Assembly (NCBI RefSeq): GCF_009914755.1
Contig: NC_060925.1
DNA: 64,000 nt
Origin: the human T2T-CHM13v2.0 reference genome, Homo sapiens
Strand: one strand, 5' to 3'
The notes beneath the pieces were generated by a model. The model saw only the letters and a program-made list of their open reading frames with translations, was not told where the DNA came from and searched no databases. A program made the translations under genes and the position numbers. Positions 57,702 through 64,000 of the stretch are shown here, in pieces; position 1 is the first letter of the stretch, and every line of letters starts with the position of its first letter.

Positions 57702-58109
57702 CTCTTCAAAAGGCACATTTCATGTTGCTTATGAGCTACCTTTGGGGGTAAATATTTGCAGAACATAAATATTACAAAGGACTTGCACCCAGAATACACA
57801 AAGGACTCTTACATCTGCATAATAAGATAAATGACCCAATAAAAGAGAGGTAACATATTTATACAGATATACAAATAGCCATTAAACTCATGAAAAGATA
57901 TCCCCAAACACCTATTATTTTGCTAATACTTTTTAAAACCAGCTACAAAATTAACTAAAGCTGAAAAGTGTTGGCAAGAATATGGAGTAATTAGAATTAT
58001 CATGCTTTGCTAGTGGAAATACCGTACGATATAATCACTTTGAAAAATGCTATGTTAGCATACTATAAAATTAAACACATATTTATCATTTGACCTAGCA
58101 GTCCTGTTC

Positions 58110-58318
58110 ATGGCCTTGTGCAATATAATAGCCAACAGATGCATGTGATTATACAGATCTAAATTTAAATTAATTGAAATTAAGTAAACTAAAAAGTAAG
58201 TTTTTCAGTTACTTAGCCAGATGTCAAATACTAGTTACTTGTGCTAGTGGCTATGATAGCGTACACTGTGGATATAGGAATATTTGTATCATCATAGCAC
58301 ATTCTATTACACAGTGCT
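58110..58318. mobile_element. MER3 (hAT-Charlie)
   Basis: tagccagatgtcaaatact...gctagtggcta...acattctattacacagtg. Confidence 0.7.
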
Positions 58319-58810
58319 TTATTAGAGTTATTACCCAAGAGAAATCCATGCAGACATACATCTATAGAAAGACCTATTTACTGCTGTTTCTAGAAGGATT
58401 ATTTCTAACAGTGCAAAACTGGAAGCAACTCAATTGCCCATCAACTGGCAAGTGGATAAACAAAGCATGGTATATTCATACTGTGGACTATTCCCCAGCA
58501 GTACAAACAACCCAAATACAAATAGACACGACAGCAGGAGTGAATCTAAGAAACATTATGCTACGGGAAAGAAGTCAAACAAAAAAGACTTCATATAATG
58601 TGAACATATTTATATGAAACTCTTGAACATGCAAAACTATAGTGAAAGAATGTAGATCAATGTTTGCCTGTGGCTGGGAGTTGGCAGAGAGTTGACTGCA
58701 AAAAGCCATGAGGAAACCTACTAGAGTGACAGAACTTTTCTATATGTTGAATTTGATGGAGGTCATATGACTGCATACAATTACCAAAATCTATCAAACT
58801 GTACATCTAA

Positions 58811-59122
<312 letters not shown>

Positions 59123-59329
59123 GAATTTTATAATATATAAACTACAACTCAATAGAACTAAAACAAGCACACACACAAACACACACACACACATGCACAC
59201 ACAGACTCACATGCTCCTATACTCATATACCAAACCACTATGCAGTTCTTAGTTTACCCCTAGTTTGTGCGTTCAAAGAGAGCAACGATACACACGCATG
59301 AATACTTTGGCCAAGAGGGCAATGCAGTA

Positions 59330-60520
59330 CCACATTGAATTTCTTTTTAAACAAATGTTGCTGTGTCAACTTGCTATTCATTCGGAAGTATTGACTCTTG
59401 ACCTAAACCTCACATCATGCACCAAAATGATTTCCATGTTCATTGCAGATCTAAATGAGAAAGATGAAACAATGAAATTTTCAGAGGAAAACAGAAAAAT
59501 ATCTTCAAGACTAGCTTCAGGAGGCACATAGTTCTTAAACAATACATGAAAATAAATAATAAAAATAAATGTTGATGAATCATAACATATTATAATTAAG
59601 AATTTCAATTAATAGAAAAAAAGGCATACCATAGAATGGGAGAACACATAGTATTTATGATATCTGACAAACTACTTGTACCCACAAGATATAAATAATT
59701 TCTATAAGCAAATAAGAAAATGAAAATAAACTTGTCAAGGCAATTCACACAAGTATAATCACGTGGCAAAAAAAAAAATATATATATATATATATAAACT
59801 GTGTTCAACCTCACTAGACATTAGGATAATGCAAAACCGTGTCACACAATTATAGTCCCAATAAGTGAAAAGAGAAGAAGGAGAAAAAGAAGAAAATCTG
59901 TTGCAAATTTAGATGATAATGTAATACAACTATAATTCTCATACATTTCTGGTGGTATGTACATTGATTCATCCACTTTGGAAAACCATTTGACAATGAC
60001 TAGTAAAGTTGAGTGCATGCCATCTCTATAATCCAGCATTTCCAACTCGAGACATATATCCAATAGAAATGAATTCACATTTACCAGAAGACATGTATAA
60101 AAAATGTCCAAGTACTATTTGTAAAAACCAAAAGGCTAGAAACTAAGCAAATCTTTATCAACAGTTGAGTGGAAACGTAATCTGTAGTATAATTGATAAT
60201 TACCTTCTATAAAACAATGAAAATGAACTAACTGGAAGTGTATGCAATAAAATGGATAAATATCACAAATGATGTGGAGTGGAAGAAGCTAGACAAAAAT
60301 GGAGTAGGCAATAAAAAATTTCATTCATAAAAATGTTAAAACCAGGCAAAACTATTCTATGCAGTTAAAGATCAGGACAATAGTTGTTTTTGGCAGGAAA
60401 AGTCATTAGACAGGAGCATAAGGATAGCTTCGTGTTCTGTTTCGGAATGATGGTTACAAATATAAGCATAATTTATAAAAAAATCATTAAGCTACACACT
60501 TTTTACATGATTATTATATT
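59330..60520 (+). mobile_element. L1ME-type 3' portion
   Basis: ccactttggaaaaccatttgaca and ccagcatttccaactc motifs. Confidence 0.75.
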
Positions 60521-60863
60521 TTGAGAAAAAATGTCTTTAAAGAAAACAGCCTAAGAAAAGGCAAAGGAACTGGTTATTAAAACCATCACATCAAAAGACT
60601 GAAAAGTTTGGAGGTAGCATAGAAGACAGAAACTTTCAAGCTACCCAGACAAATATTATGTACAGATTGATGAAAATCTGTTTGCAAGACATTCATCATA
60701 ACTTCTCCAGGGATGCATTATCTAATTGAGTAGCATTATTCATTTTGCTTTTATTTTGGTAAAGTTGGTGCTGAAAACTAAAAGAAACCCGCATCATCTC
60801 ACTGCACAATGACTTAAGGTTTCTACCCTTGTCATCTGGTAGCTGACTTTAAAATGTGATGTG

Positions 60864-61100
60864 GGCCAGGGCCTGGTGGCTCATGCCTGTAATCCTGTTG
60901 GGAGGCTGAGGTGGGAAGACTGCTTGAGCCATTAGCAGGCATGTAGCGTGTGCCTGTAGTACCAGCTACTGGGAAGGCTGAGGAGGGAGAATCACTTGAA
61001 CCCAGGAGTTCAAGGCTGAAGTAGGCCATGATCACACCGATGCACACCAGCCTGGGTGATGGCGTGAAACTCTGTCTCAAAAACAAAGCCAGAAAAAAAA
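60864..61100 (+). mobile_element. AluJ with internal deletion
   Basis: Middle A-rich linker is missing. TSD aaaa(t/g)gtgatgtg. Confidence 0.88.
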
Positions 61101-61213
61101 AGGTGATGTGGTGCAGGAATCACTTTTCCTTAATAGGAAGTATCATCATATGTGATACTAACAGATATTAACAGATATCTGCTTATTTATTTATTTTGCA
61201 CAAGGGATTTTCA

Positions 61214-61373
61214 CTTTAAGATTTAATGACTGCCTTATTGGATTTCAGACTTAGATGGGGCCTATGGCCGCTTTGATTTGGCCAATTTCTTCCATTTAGA
61301 ACAGACGTATTTACCCAATGCCTGTGCCCCTATTGTATCTAGAAAGTAACTAATTTCCTTTTTGATTTTATAG
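61214..61373 (+). mobile_element. THE1/MST (MaLR) internal 3' fragment
   Basis: ggccaatttcttccattt...tatttacccaatgcctgtgcccctattgtatctagaaagtaactaa...ttttgattttatag. Confidence 0.8.
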
Positions 61374-62438
61374 TAGAGCAGTGGAATGGCCTTTTGAAGT
61401 TACAATTACGATGCCAACTAGGTGACAATACTTTGCAGGCCTGGGCCAAAGTTCTCCAGAAGGCTGTGTATGCCCGGAATCAGCATCCAATATATGGTAC
61501 TGTTTCTCCCATAGCCAGGATTCATGGGTCCAGGAATCAAGGGGTGGAAGTGGAAGTCGCACCACTCACCATCACCTCTAGTGACCCACTAGCAAAATTT
61601 TTGCTTCCTTTCCCTGTAACATTATGTTCTGCTGGCCTAGAGGTCTTAGTTCCAGAGGGAGGAATGCTGCAAGCAGGAGACACAACAATGGTTCTATTAA
61701 ACTGGAAGTTAAGATTGCCACCTGGCCACTTTGGGCTCCTCCTTCCTCTAAGTCAACAGGCTAAGATGAGAGTTACAGTGTTGGCTGGGGTGATTGACCC
61801 GGACTATCAAGATTAAATCAGCCTACTCCTCCACAAGGGAGGTAAGGAAGAGTATGGTTGGATACAGGAAATCCGTTAGGACATCTCTTAGTATTACCAC
61901 GCCCTGTGGTTAAGGTCAATGGGAAACTACAACAATCCAGGCAGGACTAAAAATGGCCCAGACTCTTCAGGAATGAAGATTTGGGACACTCCATCAGGTA
62001 AAAAACCACCACTTGCTGAGGTGCTTGCTGAAGGCAAAGGGAATACAGAATGGGTAGTAGAAGAAGGCAGTCATCAATATCAGCTATGACCACATGACCA
62101 GTTGCAGAAATGAGGACTGTAATTGTCATGAATGCTTCCTCAATATTTTGTTAAGAATATGTTTGTGCATGTATATACTTGTACTAAGAAAATATCTTCA
62201 TTTTATTGCCTTTCTTTTACCTTCATCATGTGACATAAGATTTATTGACTTCATATGAGCATTTAAGTGTTGTTAACTTTATGTAATAGCATTTAGGTTA
62301 AGGATTAGTGCATTTTTGGTTGTACAAAGGATAGCTGTATTATGTTACGCATAAGGATGACCTTATTGTTGCCTTTATTGGAAGATTATGTATGATTTCA
62401 GGAGATGTGTATGGGTTCAAGTTGACAAGAGGGGGACT
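61374..62438 (+). pseudogene. HERV-L pol 3' end: integrase C-terminal part plus dUTPase, disrupted
   Basis: ORF 61394-61816 has dUTPase motifs SAGLEV, PPGHFGLLLP and AGVIDPDYQ. Premature TAA at 61814. Polypurine tract before the LTR. Confidence 0.9.
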
Positions 62439-62979
62439 TGTGATGGTTAATATTGAGTGTCAACTTGATTGGATTGAAGGATGCAAAGTATTGTTCCTGG
62501 GTCTGTCTGTGAGGGTGTTGCCAAAGGAGATCAACATTTGAGTCAGTGGACTGGGAGAGGCCGACCCAGTCTCAATCTGGGTGGCACTATCTAATCAGCT
62601 GTGCATGGCTAGGATAAAAGGAGGCAGAAGTTGGAAGGACTTGACTTTCTGAGTCTTCCGGCCTTCATCTTTCACCTGTGCTGGGTGCTTCCTGCCTTCA
62701 AACATCAGACTCCAAGTTCTTCAGCTTTTGGAGTCTTGGACCTACATTAGCGGTTTGCCAGGAACTCTTGGGCCGTTGGCCACAGACTGAAGGCTGCACT
62801 GTTGGCTTCCCCACTTTTGAGGTTTTGGACGCGGACTGTTTCCTTGCTCCTCAGCTTGCAGACAGGCTATTGTGGGACTTCACCTGTGACCGTGCGAGTC
62901 AACACTCCTTAATAAACTCCACTTCATATATACATGTATCTTATTAGTCCTGTCCATCTAGACAACCCTGACTAATACA
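62439..62979 (+). mobile_element. MLT2A (HERV-L) 3' LTR
   Basis: tgtgatggttaatattgagtgtcaacttgattggattgaagg ... ccctgactaataca; aataaa at ~62911. Confidence 0.92.
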
Positions 62980-64000
62980 TTCCTTTCCCGTGTTTTTCCT
63001 AATTGGGGTTTTCTTTCTGTAAGAGACTTGCAACGCCTAGAGAAAAGGTCTGAAATGGTATAGCTTTAAATAACTCAGGAAGAGATAAAAGTGCCTCATG
63101 TAGTAAAGAAAGAAATCAGGGGGGCGGGGGTGGAAAATGTGCCTTAGATTGAGTCATCAGCTTGATTTATGAAGAGAAAACTCAGAATCATATTTATGAA
63201 AAGCTAACCAAGATTACTGCAAATAACTGAAAGGGATATGAAAAAATATGAGCATTAAAAATATGATAACTTCATATTAACCAAATACAATGGTTCCTAT
63301 AAATAGGACAAAACCAAAAGACAAAGCCAGATGAATTTCCTTTTGTGAAATTGATGCAGCCTATGTTCAGGGCAAGTGGCAATCTCACAAATTTTTATTG
63401 TCTAGCTTAAAGTTGATGAATAGCAGAAATCAAATATTAAAATATAGTCCATCCATAGTAAAAATCAAATGGCAATGCTGCTGTATTTCTAACAAAGCAA
63501 AATATCTTCTAATTCACATGTGAATTACAGGTGACTAGTGGTAAAGAAAGGGGAATTTAGCAAAAAAAAAAAAAAACCCTCAAAACTAAAAACAACAAAA
63601 AAGCCTTAATGTCCATTATCTGCACAGGCATTGTTCTCAGTTTATTTGTAACCATTATTTCTATTAAATTATGTAAACATTTGCTGGACAATACAAAGTT
63701 TAACTTGAACACAAGCCAAGCATTTAAAATTACTACAATAATATCTTTGGCAAGCTACTTGAGATTGCTCTCTCCACCTCCATTCCTCATTTACTATCCA
63801 ATATTTTGAAGCCTCTTTCAGAAACAAAAACAGTAAGTATAATTTTAACAGGAAGATTTCCCCCATCAAAGATGGTTTTCTATTAAACATTTAGCATTCA
63901 CATCTTTGGAAATCAAAGTTCAAGTCTACTGAAAATAGATTTTAGTAAAACAAAGATATGGTGGCAGATTGCTCTTGGGATTCTTGAGGGGGGAACAAAA

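Larger units (their letters stand above)
51570..58810 (+). mobile_element. Long, fragmented old L1M (ORF1 end, ORF2, 3' UTR) with many nested insertions
   Basis: Collinear L1 motifs aaataaagacattttcagataa, aatcaatgaaaccaaaagatggttctttgaaa, aaaattaactcaaaatggatca, aactggaagcaactcaattgcccatcaac. Confidence 0.8.

Noticed and set aside
58174-58617. Longest ORF in the window (147 aa)
   Set aside because: A fusion of MER3 and a decayed L1 ORF2 C-terminus (WKQLNCPSTGKWINK), with a TTG start.

Overview
Primate (human or great ape) genomic DNA: AT-rich, gene-poor and repeat-dense, with Alu, L1, L2, MIR, MaLR/ERVL/ERV1 LTRs and hAT elements. There is no long protein-coding ORF, and many of the supplied ORFs lie in repeats. 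The best host-gene evidence is a minus-strand exon pair (43-nt exon 48452-48494 and terminal-exon candidate starting at 45875, with poly(A) signals); I could not identify the gene. A weaker minus-strand microexon/terminal-exon candidate lies near 14.1-14.4 kb. The most notable structures are an L1 3' transduction with a perfect 16-bp TSD (20082-20436), a 45-bp patch also found 13 kb away (12469 and 25535), a fold-back hairpin inside an AluJ (30413-30531), an Alu inserted into the loop of a perfect 16-bp inverted repeat (7479-7811), a MaLR-internal/HERV-L junction upstream of an integrase-dUTPase relic (61214-62979), and a solo HERV-H LTR7 of apparent LTR7up type (53262-53665). I found no evidence of a novel multi-gene system. 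Repeat subfamily names come from recalled consensus sequences and need confirming with RepeatMasker/Dfam.
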